Below, piece after piece: positions 51,871-64,000 of a DNA stretch of 64,000 nucleotides. Below the pieces are notes generated by a model. That model worked only from the letters and a program-made list of their open reading frames with translations. It was not told the DNA's origin and did no database searches. The position numbers and the translations under genes were made by a program. This stretch comes from Kudoa neothunni (taxonomy: Eukaryota > Animalia > Cnidaria): assembly GCA_964304625.1 (NCBI GenBank), contig OZ199838.1, positions 8,329,550 to 8,393,549 of the forward strand, written 5' to 3'. Every line of letters starts with the position of its first letter. Positions within the stretch are counted from its first letter, which is position 1.

Positions 51871-54300
51871 ATGGATCAAGATACAGTTTCTTTCACTCAA
51901 CTATCTGCCGATCGTCTCAACGAAAAACCAACAAACAGCATATTTAATGACAATAATAATATTATTGATTTTTTAAACAATCCTTCCTTGGAATTTATGT
52001 ATGAAGAAAAATGGGATAATGAAGAACAACAAGAAAACCACCATCAGCAAGCCTATTTCTCGAAGAGATTTTGCGGTTTTAGTACTTTAAAAGTAAGAAA
52101 GATTGAGAAAAAATTCACTGATTGGGCCTACAAACACCCTTGGCTTATATTGATTTGCTTGTGCTATGTTTCGATGGTGTGTACTATGACTGGAATTGGA
52201 TTCCTTGGAGTGGTTATTCAAGATATTGAGAAGCAATATGGATTATCCAGCACACACACTGGGTTTATTTCGGCTTGCTTAGATGTAGCTTTTTGTTTTG
52301 GTGCCATTCTTATTGGATGGAAACTCAAGAAATCCGATTTGGGTTTTATATCGTTAGGTATGGGAGCTGTAACTTTGGGATGCCTTTTGTTTGCATTACC
52401 TTTGGCCGTTATCCGAACCGATATCAATATAATTAGCACAAACAATACAGCCATATCCGAAAGTCTATGTTTCACTAAAGAAAACCTTCAGCGCATGAAA
52501 GTTTCACTACCGATAGATAATAGATACTCAAAAAACAATAAGCCCATTATTTCTAAGGACCATGAAAATAGAGGCTTGAGTAATAGCTATCGTGCACTTA
52601 TTATATTCTACGCGGCATTTGCACTCATTGGAATTGGTTCAGCGCCCGTTTTCATACTTAGTCCAATAATTTTGAAAAATATGTTATCAGAGAGTCGAAG
52701 AAGTACCTACTTATCCATATTCTACTTAAGCTCTTTGTTGGGACCATCACTTGCATACTTTTCATCGAATCCAATTTTGAAAATCCCTGTATTTCTTAAA
52801 CCAATCTCGAACACTGATGAGTTTATCGGGGCTTGGTGGATATGCTTTGTTTTTGGGGGGATTGCATCCTTCGTCGGTTTCATAATTATTTCAATAATTG
52901 CCATTTTATTCAACCCATCAGAACAAGAAAACCCTGTTGGTGTCCCAAGTGTCAGCTACAATTCAAATTTGGGAAATGTACCCGACAACGTTTCTAGTCG
53001 AAGCTCACAAAACAAACATAAAAAGTTGACCCAAGTTTTTGTTCGCGCTACTAAAAATTCATTTAGACATCCTCTGGGTATTGACCCACCATCGAAATTC
53101 GAACCTTTATCCCTGCTAGAACCAAACGATCACAATTTGAAAGGCTTGAAAACATTTGGAAAACTGAGACTAATTATATCGAACAACTGCTACCTATTGG
53201 TCTCATTTTCTTCTACATTGATTCAATTTCTTATTGTTGGTTTTGCGACATTTTTACCAAAATTTATGGAAAACAATTTTACTATTTTACCTGAAAGAGC
53301 AGTGATTATTGTTGGATTTATCATGGTGCCTAGTGCTGCCTTGGGATCTATCGTTGGGGGATTTCTTATACGCAAATTTAAGCTTAGACTGCCGCAAATA
53401 TGTTTCTTGTGTTTTGTCTGTTCGCTTGTGACAACTGTTGCGACGTTTTGTTTCCTTATTCAGTGCCCACCTGTGACCAACGTGACACCAAGTTACTCTT
53501 CCCTCAAATACCCCCACAGGTATTTCTTCATTACATTAATAATTACAATCGAAATTTAATAGTTCAATAATAAACATCGAAAAATGCTGGTCCCAGTGTG
53601 CTTATCCCTGTGAAGACCTACCGTCACAACCTGTTTGCTATCAAGACAAAAATATTTTATTTTTAAATCCATGCTACGCTGGATGTAGAAGCAACAAACT
53701 CGACAATAACCAAGTAGTGTATTTCTTAACGTCGAAAATAATATTTTATCTTTAGACTGTATATTTTGATTGTTCTTGCATTGAAGAAAACAACTCTTTT
53801 AGTACCAAAATAATTCTTACGGTAGGGAGTTGTTCATTGTATTGCAACCAAATTATCTTCTTCTCAGTGGTCATGTTTTTGCTCAATTTCTTTATGTTCA
53901 CTATGTATGTTCCAATGACGGAAGTAACGATGCGGTAAGAACAACTCATTTTACTACTTGTTGGATTAAGCTGAATTTAGTGTTGTCAGAGGAAATCTAC
54001 TAACAATGGCGCTTGGTTTCCAGCAAGTTCTTCAGCGGTTACTTGGTCAAGTACCAGGACCGATTATTATCGGTAAACTTATTGATTTGGCATGTGTGTA
54101 TTGGAAAACCAAAGGCTCGGAATCTCATTGTTTTGTTTACGACACTGTCAAATACAGGTTTTGTAAAATTTCATTCTTTTAACTTAATATTTTCTAGAAT
54201 ACACATGACGTCCATTGGAGTGCCTGTCTTTCTTGTAAATACATTATGTATGTTTACAGCCTATGTGTTCTCCTCGCGTGAAAATTTAGAAGTTTCCTAA
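51871..54300 (+). CDS. Organic anion transporting polypeptide (SLCO/OATP family); probable extra 5' exons from 50997
   Basis: IEKQYGLSS..TGFI, D.FIGAWW, FATFLPKFMENNF and G...GG motifs. Spliced 3' exons give a Kazal-like domain (C...C..PC....QPVC...NPCYAGC) and LLGQVPGPIIIGKLIDLACVYW...C..YD; stop at 54298-54300. Confidence 0.92.
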
Positions 54301-55321
54301 AATCACTGTTCGAAAATATACAACAGTTTAAATTATATTTCAACTTTAAACTGTATATCTTGGTTTATGTTTTCAAAATATAATTTTATTGCATTAAATA
54401 AGTTAAAAAAATAGTATCCCATTTGAGGAAAAAATATAGATAACTTAGAATTATGCATTCGACCATGTAAATCTTCCTCTTTTAACAATCTAAAGATGGT
54501 GTTATTTAGTTCTATAAGTCATTGTTCGTGCGTGTCGCTCCTAAAAATGTCTCTTAAAAGTAGCTATTAAATAATTATTTTATTGTAGCTGTTACGCAAC
54601 GCAATCGCTTTACAAGTTATGGTCTGAACAAATTTGTACATGAGCTAGGAATTTACATTTTATTATAATTGTATCTTATGAGATTTAGGTAAATTAAAAT
54701 GAGATGTGCATGGTCGTTTTTATTAATTTTATACAATTATTGAAAGGTCTTCTACTTAACTAAATATATTTGTGTGGACATCCATTACTATATTCGGTGA
54801 CTCACCGATTACTACAATAGGATTTAATTTGGAGAAATTTCAGAATTATAGGGTTATCGGAATTATATTAGGTGAATCGTTGAAATAAGATAAAAAAATA
54901 ACTAAAAATATCTGGTATTATTTCAGTTAAATAGAATGCACATTTGGATATTTATTAATCCAACAAAATAATGTTTAATTTCTTTTATTAGCTACGATCA
55001 AGAAATTCTTTAATAAAACTAATTAAACAAATACTTACGCAATTTAATAAACCTTTCACCCTACAAAAAATGTGATTCTCAAAAAGAAATTTCATGGGAT
55101 TTCTTATTTTTATGAATAAATGGGTTAAATTATTTATTTAAATCGTGTATGCAAATTTTTTGAATATATTTATGATTTTGATTATTAATAAGAAAATGTC
55201 ATTCGGAAAGTTAATAATGCTATGCTAGCTGAATTATAACCAACAAAATACTGGATGTAATTAAGCGTAAATCATATATGAATTGTATATGGAACATATT
55301 ATTGTAATCTTTTTGTGTATA

Positions 55322-57581
55322 TGTTACCGGCAATGTATGAAATTCAGGCAATATATAGAATGCCTAGCATTCTTAAGCAAAGTGTATAATACATGCGTTC
55401 TTACATACTCTACCTAGGCATTCTATAAAAAATTAATTACCACCAAAAAGATGTTCGGGTCGTCATTTTCACGTGATAATAGTCCTTGGGATTAGGTGAC
55501 GCTACGTAAGTTTGTGCTCATTGCTGTGTGTTTGTAAAAATGAACGGAGAAGATTCAAATGTAGCATTTGAAAAAGAATCTTGTTTGATTGAAATGAGAG
55601 AACTTTTCCTTACAGAGCTATCAAAAATGCGAACTACTGGTGCTAAAAATTGTGTTTACCTTACCGACGCCAGTTATGAACGACTAGTGAATGATGTGAT
55701 AAGAGCAAAGTTAACAACAAAGAAAGGACCACGGGATTATTGGCTTCTGAAACGCTACGATGTGATGACGATAGAGAAAAAAGCAAGTTGTTCTTTCCTG
55801 TCAAAGAAGGGGTCCGTTCTATTCAGTTTTACGTCAGTGATTCTGAATTATTTGATGTTATTCACGACGCTCATTAGCTATTGGACATGGAGGACGAGAC
55901 AGAATGTTAAAGGAGCTTCGACCAGAATTTAAAATCATTACCCGTCGTGATATTGAATTGTACATTCAACTTTGCCAGGCATGCCAGAAGAAACAAAAAG
56001 GCATGAAGAAAGGCATTGTAGTGAAACCGATGGTATTTTCGGATTTCAATTCCCGTTGTCAGGTGGATCTAATTGATTTCCAATCCCATCCTGATAAAGA
56101 ATACAAATTTATAATGGTATATCAAGATCATCTTACTAAGTTTGTTGTTTTACGGGCTATTAAATCAAAAACAGCTGAAGAAGTAGCGTTTAATTTAATA
56201 GACATATTCACATTACTGGGAGCTCCATCGATATTGCAGTCAGATAACGGTCGAGAATTTGCCAATAAGGTAATCACAAACCTGAAGAAATACTGGCCGA
56301 CATTGAAGATTGTTCATGGAAAGCCGCGACATTCTCAAAGTCAGGGTAGTGTTGAGCGAGCTAACCAAGATATCGAAAACATGTTGTCTGCTTGGATGCA
56401 AGACGAAAAAACCAACAAATGGAGTGAAGGAATACGTTTCGTCCAACTTATGAAAAATAGAGCTTTCCATTCTGGGATTCAAAGAACACCTTACGAAGCT
56501 CTCTTTGGCTGCGAAGTTAAAGTTGGTCTCACTACGTCTTCCATACCTCAAGATGTTTTATTCGGTATACACACTGAAGAAGAATTAGAAATAATAATTG
56601 AAAATATGCACACAATAGAGCTAGAAGATGTGAACCATGTGACCGAAGAAATGAGCGTTACTCCACAGAACCCTGTTGAGATTTCTGAATACGAAATGGA
56701 AAAACAATGCTACAATGAAGAGATATGTACTCAAGAATCTGAAAGTTCTTCCGTGTGCTGTGTATGCTTAAAAGCAAGTACTGGTGCACATACTTGCATT
56801 AAGTATGGTCGAAGCGTCCATATAATCTGTGGGGAAACTCTAAAAGACGACAATGGTGAAACAATTGGAGGTTATGGTGTTGGTATCTGCTGCACTATTT
56901 GTTTTAACATTGAAAATGCGGAAAAACATAAGAAGCTGTCTATGTTGAGCCTAGAGATTCAAGCAAAAAAAATGAAAATGGCTTCGGACAAAAATTTTTC
57001 TCCTGCATCTTTGGGCGATACTGTGCGCATTCCTATTCCTGATGTGGACAAGGGACGTGGTGATCCGCGAAATGTGTTAGCGGTGGTAATGGACCTTACG
57101 GATGATGGTTTTTACCGACTTGGAACTAATCAAGGAAGGTTAAAGCAGCTATACGCAAGATCACAATTTAGCATTTGCCAACAGCGATTTATAAAAATTG
57201 TTGATGTCCCTGACCACGAAATACCTCTTCGCTCTGCTGCTACTTCTCAATCTACAGGAAGTGGTCAAGGATTTTTAAGGTGTATGTGTAAAACTAAGTG
57301 CCAAAATAACAAATGCCTTTGCCTCAAGAAGAATTCAAAATGCCATTCTAGTCTTCCTTGTTGTAATAAATAATAAGTTATTGTTGTGCTTCGTTGGTGA
57401 TTTTTCTGAAGGTTAATTTCGATTTCTTTTTGCGCTTCATTTTTGATTATTAACCATTTTTTGACGAATATCTTTTTAAATTTGCATATTTGCACATTGC
57501 CTGAAGTAGAACTAGTCATTGTATAGAATGCCTAGGTAGAGTGTGTAAGAATGCTAGGCATTATACACATTGCCGGTAACA
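55322..57581 (+). mobile_element. Ginger2/TDD-type DNA transposon (KRBA2/SCAND3-like integrase), CDS 55540-57373 with two 1-nt frameshifts
   Basis: TGTTACCGGCAATGT TIRs; 4-bp TSD TATA. HHCC region (H..GHGG..C..C) and DDE residues in RCQVDLID, LQSDNGREF and QGSVERAN; Cys-rich C-terminus. Confidence 0.93.
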
Positions 57582-57585
57582 TATA

Positions 57586-57733
57586 CAATGAAACCTTGAT
57601 GATCCAGAAGAATTTCAAAACTTTATTTGTACTTTATTGAAGTTACGTGCCGATAAATTTCAAATTATTCTGAATCTCGCTATTTGAAAAAAATCACTGA
57701 TCCCAAGTGTTCCGGATAATCGAGGTTTCACTC
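57586..57733. mobile_element. Tigger-type MITE (related ends at ~13585-13612 and ~49671-49744)
   Basis: TA-CAATGAAACCTTGATGATCCAG ... TCCGGATAATCGAGGTTTCACTC-TA. Confidence 0.7.
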
Positions 57734-59063
57734 TATTGAAAATCGAGTCATTAAATAACCCACATGGTCTTTGGATGCATAAGCGAATAAATAATGGGAA
57801 TATTTATCTATATTTCGTTGAATATAATTGAATTTGAAATCGACGAAGATAAATCGTACAAAAATGGATCGATTACCTTTAACCCTCTAACGGACTTGGG
57901 GTCTGTGGGACCCCAGCGCCACATTATATTGCCAATAAATATTTTTCTAATATACGCTCAAGTTTGTAATCTTAGCTGCTCTTCTATATTTATGAATTTT
58001 GTAGTTTATAATCGCTATTACATAACACGAAAATAAAAATCCATCCTCCAACGGACTTTGGGATCTGGGAGACTCCAGGTTTTTTGTCTATATCTAATTG
58101 AAAAATTATAAAAATGCGATATTTGAAGTATTCAATAATTCTACCCACGCAATATCAAGAAAATCGTTTATCACTGTACGAACTAATCCTTGATAATTCG
58201 GTACGGGAAGATTCGTCTGGATCCCCGTAATCTGTCGTTACATCAGCATTAAAATGCCCTCGTTATTTGCTTGTAATCACAGCTTATAAACTGGAAAACA
58301 GAGTTAATTTAATAATGTTCTCTTTATTTTTTATAATAATAAAATTTGAAACAGTATAGTTAAATTTTGAAGCATTTAAATGTGTTTCACTTACTACATG
58401 CTCCTTTTTTATTAACCCTTCTCGGACCCCATTTCAGGTTATTCTGAATTTTTCTCTATAAATGAAAGTGTAACGACGTTTAACAATCCAGTAAATCTTT
58501 AAGCGTAAAGTTTCTAATTAAAATATAATATTAGTTAAAATTTTTAATACTCAAAGTTTTTGGAAAATGCGTTTTTAGTAGGTGCAAAACAAACATTGTT
58601 TAGAATCCCTCCAACTAAGTCAGTTTTAAAGAATATTTGTGAATATGAATAAATAAATAAATAAATTTAATATTAATATGTTGTATATGAAGTATATTTC
58701 CAAATTTGTTGTAGGTTTAAAATTTCTCTGAGTGTTCACGAGACCTAAGAATGTCAGTGTTAATATCAAATATTTCTGCTTGGTAGTAACACACGAATTA
58801 TTTATGTTGTGATAATTTATTATTCAAACTTAAACAATGAGAACGACAGCAGTTCACAACGGGCGGGCGCTGAATACATTTTTGGAATTACCGAAATTTT
58901 CCGGACATACGGACTCGGAAGGACTAATGCCTAATACTCGTGTAAACTCATCTATAAATAATTTAAAGATGTTTTTATTTTATTTCCTAACTTAATGCTT
59001 AATGTAAACGCGATTTTTCAATTTCTGCCTAGAAGAACATTCGTTGAATGGTATGTATTAGTA

Positions 59064-62000
59064 CAGTAGGCAATCGATTTTTCGTACTTTTCGGAGCGTG
59101 CGCGTTTTAAGAATCATGATGGTCGGGGAGTGATTTAACCCTTCGCCACACGCGCAAAAAACTTTACGCGGTTACACGCATGGGGTCCGTTGGACCCCAT
59201 CAAAAAGAAACAGTGATTTAATACTAATAAATAGGGAAATAAATTATTTTTTAAACAGTTATTGCAAATGATATTTAAATGCATTTTACAGACAAATTTT
59301 GAGCATGTCTGACAACTTGTTCTTGTTTTTTTATCATGTAGACGGGTGCATAAATGATATCTTCCTCTGTCAACGAGAGAGATTCTTGGTTCCATATTGA
59401 CAGGTTTTTGGATTTCTACTAAATTTAAGTTAGAAAAAATTATCAATGTATTAACCTTTTTTATTCAACTGAGGCTCTATTAATTGCATACTCAACGACT
59501 TCAAAAACTCCTTCCGACGAATAATTTTATCGGCCTTCATGCAATATATAGCACATGCATTTATTGCTACAATATCTAGAAGTGTATTAAATATGACAAC
59601 AGGCCATCTTCTTGTAATTCGAAAAGTAGAGTAATTCCCGCACATTTGATCTATTGTATCAACTCCACCCTTTGTTGAATTGCAAAAAGAGACGATCTCT
59701 GGTAGCTTTTTAGGGTGGTTCAAACCAACGGTTGACTTGTGGTGAAACGAACTCAGCAGTGTAACGGCTTTGTTTCTTTTGGGGACATAAGACACTAAGG
59801 TTAAATCTAATGCAAAAGAAGATGAGTATTGTTCACGAGTTTTTGAAGCCAGGAATTCAGGAGGTATTTTTTTCTTGTTTTTCTAATGGTACCACAAGCA
59901 GTTATTCCATTCATTAATAATTCCTGAAACAATGGAACTGATGTAAACCAGTTGTCAACAGTGATGTTTCTTCCTGAGCCCAGAATTGGTTGAATCAGGC
60001 ACATAATTAAACTATGGGGTGAGTTGTCAACTTTATATGGGGCACTTTTCTGGGCTCCCAGGTAAACTTCAAGATTAAGGGTGTAAAAAGTTTTAGAATC
60101 ACACAGGTTAAAAATCTTAATCCAATATTTCGCTGGCTTAGAAGGCATATACTGCTTAAAAATACAGCGACCCTGGAATGATCTAAGCATTTCATCGATC
60201 GTCAAATATTCGGTGGGTATATAATATTTGATGAAATTAGAATTTATTTGATTAAAAATATCTCTGATTTTTGACATTCTATCTTGATTATTTTCATTTG
60301 AATTACTTGAACCAGTTGCAAAACGTAGACATCTTTTTAACAAGGAAAATCTATTCTGGTTGAATATTTTTTTGCAAATTGGAAAACCAAAGTCGTCATC
60401 TGCCCATAATTCATTCAAATGAGTAAGATTAGCTTTCTTCACGACAAGAAAATAGTGCAAACCAATGTGAGCTTTTAATTCACACATATCAAATGCCATA
60501 CAATCTCGCGATCGTTTGTAATTTGGTTGGATATTTCGAAGGTAGTAATTGGTACATTGCAATATTTCAGTTAATATATTCTCAGTGATAAATAAACTCC
60601 AAATTTGAGACTCAGATTCCACGTCATCAGAAATTTTTACTCCATGTTTATCCGTAATGATGTCGTGTTTTCTCTTTCTTGACAATAATCCCACAGGCTT
60701 TGAGTTCCATTCAAAATTTTTGGAGTATAACAAATGTTCGCTATCATCTAAACCCTTTATTTAAGAAATATTTATTTATTTATTTATTTATTCTATTCTA
60801 TTATATTACTTTTTGATGATACATCAGAGCTTGAATCATTGCTTTTTTCATCATAACAATCATCAAAATCATGTTTTAAAAATTTTCTAAAGTCCATTTC
60901 CTATTTTCATTTTGAAGAAAAGGTTAAAAAACATGAATATTTTAATTTTAGTGTTACTATAAAAAACACAACGATAGCTATTTGCAGATTGAAATCACGT
61001 GGGGTCCATTGGACCCCATGCGTGTGACGGAGGGTTAAATTGTTGTTCATTAAAATTTACCACATTTTCTGTTTAATTTAATATGGTATAAATAATTAAA
61101 AATTAAAAGTAACCCCGTTTAATACCATCACTGATATGAGTAAATTTAATTTTTTTATATTTTAATTGACATTTAACATTTATTTCAAAATCTTATTTAT
61201 TTTAAGTATAAATTTTCTTTATAATTTCATCTTTGTGATTAAATAACAATTCATTCTGTTGTAAAGTTTGAGTTTTTGATTTCGAATTAAATTATTGTAG
61301 CTACAAGAAACGATAGTAATGGTTTTTATCTTATCTCGTCAATTTTGATAATCAATAATGAAAAATTGCTAATAGAAACAAACAAAAACTGAGAGAAGAC
61401 TTTATGAATCGCTTTGTGGAAATAATCAGTTATCTTAGTTTGGTTAGATTTTTTTGAACAATACGTTTGACAGCGTACTTTCCAGTTTTATGACCAAGTT
61501 GTATTCGTCAATAGCATTACACTTTGCGAAAATTTAAAGTTTTTTAATTGATTCTATAATTTCCTTCGAAGAAATATCATCGATTGGTAAATCTAAGGAT
61601 ATATCGTCATCATAATGGTTCTTTTACCTTTTCTATGTTATGCTTTAAGTTAATTGAATATTCATGATCCATAGAAAATTATCGTGCTCCTCTAGAATCA
61701 TCCAGTCAATTTCTGTTAGTTCATGGAATGTAATTTCATTATTTATATCTTTATCGTTAGCAGAAGAAAACCTAGCTTTAAAACAATTTAATATGGTTTT
61801 ATTGCTAACAGACTCTCACGCTTCTTTAGTTAAAAATATAGATTCCAGATAATCTGGGGAAGTTGAGAGAGAGAGAGTCAGCTTCTGTGAACGCAAAAAA
61901 CGTTTTATAATGTCTTTTTTATATGTCGTTTTGAACGAATGTATAATACCCTGATTTATAGGCCGCAAAACACTTATCGTATTTTGAGGAAGAAAAACCA

Positions 62001-62993
62001 TTTTTATATGGCTTAAATCGTTGTGGAAATTAGAAATTGCATCGTCGAATATAAAATAATTTTATTGGAATTTATTCAAAAAACTTATTTAAATCAGTTA
62101 TATATTTTATAAACATATGATCAGTCATTCATGCTTTTTCGCAGCACTCATACTTTAGTAGAAGCTTGTTATGCTTTTTTTCTCTTTTTTTATTCGGTTA
62201 TAGACATTCTCCTTAGTTGTGACATAGCTCTTTCCTAAAACTATGTAAATATATACGAACAAAAATTTTAGCTCTTGTTGCTGATAGTGTAGCGCAGTTT
62301 CTTCGATTTTAAAAACACAATCGAGTGAGCAGCCCTTTATTATATCTAAAAACATCGGAATCCATTTTCAATTATTTCGCTGTCAACGATACAAAAATCA
62401 TCATGATAATTTTGCCCTTTTAGATTGAATACTGATTAAAACCCCTTAAACTTAAACCGTCGGTTATTGATGAATCCACACACGAATCATTGGAGCACAA
62501 TCCTCTCATTTTATTAATCATATCAATAGAAGCTAGCTCTTTGTTGGCATTGTATTTCAATTTTTTTCGATGAAGCTAGCCCACCTTCATGGGATTTTAC
62601 TATTTCTTTTCTCTTATTAAGAATGCCATCCAACGTTGAAATTGTAAGAAAGTTTAAAATATCGAACAGTAGCCTCCTCCGCTCCCTTATTAGACAAGTG
62701 TTCAAAAAATTCGATTATTTCAAATTCTTCCTTAATCGTTATGCTTTTTTTATTTTTGTTGTGCCGTCTGAAAACTAAGAAAAACACGCATGTTCCGTCG
62801 AAAAATTTAAAAAAAGTACGTAAAATCCGCAACGATGGGTTTTTCGTATTTTCATCATTTTTTCTTTATTTGTAAACTTTTTTTAATTAAATTTTAATAT
62901 GATATTCTAATATTGAATCTTTACTTTTACAGAAACTTTCAGAATAAATGATAAACAAGAAGTTAAAAAGTACAAAAAATCGATTGCCTACTG
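59064..62993 (-). mobile_element. pogo/Tigger transposon, decayed (transposase remnants ~61400-62830)
   Basis: TIR CAGTAGGCAATCGATTTTT.GTACTTTT with TA TSD. Remnants KKSITIKEEFEII (CENP-B-like HTH), FKIEETAL and FLPQNTISVLRPINQGIIHSFK. Confidence 0.88.
59139..61034 (-). mobile_element. Near full-length piggyBac nested in the Tigger element
   Basis: TTAA TSDs (59135-38, 61035-38); TIR CCCT.CG.CACACGC. Motifs TIDEM, QYMPSKPAKY, TVDNWFTS, KGGVDTIDQM and a Cys-rich tail; frameshifted. Confidence 0.93.
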
Positions 62994-63208
62994 TAGTATA
63001 CTTCCAACGGATTTTTTAGATTTTTTTCGAAAAGTTTACGTTTAAATCTAATTTTAAATGGTTCAATAAGATATTTATAAGCTTTTATTTGTCATGATTT
63101 TCGTTAAATTGTACAATCAATTTATTATAATAGAGAACCTGTGAGGTCCCGCGGGACCCCACACCGGAACGCGTGTGATTTTTTCGCGCACCGTCCCGGG
63201 AGGGTTAG

Positions 63209-64000
63209 CCCATAAGGGGTCCAATGTTTTGATTTTAGTTATAATTTATATATACGTATTAATTCATTAATAAACAACACAAATACGATGGATTTTTGAA
63301 ATATTAAATATTTAATGAATTACAGTTGAGTTCGTAATTGGCCGAAAAAGCAACGAAAAACTACCGACGTGCGATTTTCTAATGGCAAGTTTGTGTTTGC
63401 GGTATACAAAAAACAGCTGATTTAATGTGAAAAATTGGAAATAATTATGCTATATGGAATTTTATTGAGCATTTCATATGCGTATAACATTTGCAGTTCG
63501 TACATAAATACATTGTAATTTTTTTACCAACTATACATCTACGTTTCTTTTTTATAGGATGGGTATTATGCAGGGGTTTTTTGCACATTGATGAAACTTG
63601 GAGTTTTGATAGGGACGATGTTCAGGTAAGTTTTTCATGGCCACTAATGCTGATTAAACATGTTACGATATTTCTAATATGATTTAATAATTTTATTTTT
63701 TTATCATTTGTATAGATAACCAATTTATATGAGTTTACCACAGGCAGGGATAACATATTGGTAAACAGTGGCCAATACAATTTTTTAGATTTCATATTGA
63801 TTCTGTAACATGAAACTGAAGCATCGACTCCTCCCATTTAATTGTTGTACATATATCACATGTGAGGTTGAGGAACGTTGTCGTAAATTTTTTTAGATTT
63901 AAAATATCGTCGGAATTGTTGGACAGGTTCGGCATTTAGTGCATTACTCCTTAGAGCTATAGGTTTTGTGTCATTCCAATATATACAATTAATTCTAAAT
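63209..64000 (-). mobile_element. 3' part of another piggyBac (PGBD-like), runs off the window
   Basis: MGGVD...YRI..KSKKLYWPLF and a Cys-rich remnant; putative terminus CCCATAAGGGG next to TTAG 63205-08. Confidence 0.7.

Larger units (their letters stand above)
57883..63204. mobile_element. Outer non-autonomous piggyBac-like element hosting nested TEs
   Basis: TTAA-CCCTCTAACGGAC..GGGGTCTGTGGGACCCC at left; GAGGTCCCGCGGGACCCC...GGAGGG-TTAG at right. Pairing of the two ends is inferred. Confidence 0.5.

Noticed and set aside
58416-58925. Extra small piggyBac MITE (TTAA-CCCTTCTCGGAC...)
   Set aside because: The putative right TIR and TTAA are too degenerate to pair with confidence.
1-64000. 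CRISPR array, prokaryotic operon or alternative genetic code
   Set aside because: No regularly spaced repeats; IS1595-like ORFs are eukaryotic Merlin elements; host genes splice into open frames in the standard code, and stops in TEs co-occur with frameshifts.

Overview
AT-rich eukaryotic DNA with mostly tiny (~40-60 nt) GT-AG introns and a standard genetic code. It is probably a compact-gene metazoan parasite (SLCO present; myxozoan-like, but the taxon cannot be fixed from sequence alone). Four host protein genes can be rebuilt by hand-splicing: a papain/cathepsin-L-like protein lacking its catalytic Cys (~7.06-8.17 kb), NUP205 (minus, 15749-32507, with two TE-inflated introns of 3.2 and 6.7 kb), NSMCE1/Nse1 head-to-head with it (32606-33631), and an SLCO/OATP transporter (~51-54.3 kb). 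There is one intact tRNA-Val(CAC). Most of the rest is decayed, often nested transposons: Merlin, hAT, MULE, piggyBac, pogo/Tigger, Helitron ends and Ginger2. The best candidate for an undescribed system is a ~4.5 kb RT plus restriction-like-endonuclease non-LTR retrotransposon (36.7-41.2 kb, minus). It has an intact tRNA-Val at its 5' end and a second copy of the tRNA 3' half, starting exactly at position 38, at its 3' end. This suggests a tRNA-Val anticodon-loop-targeting element whose insertion leaves a complete tRNA gene.
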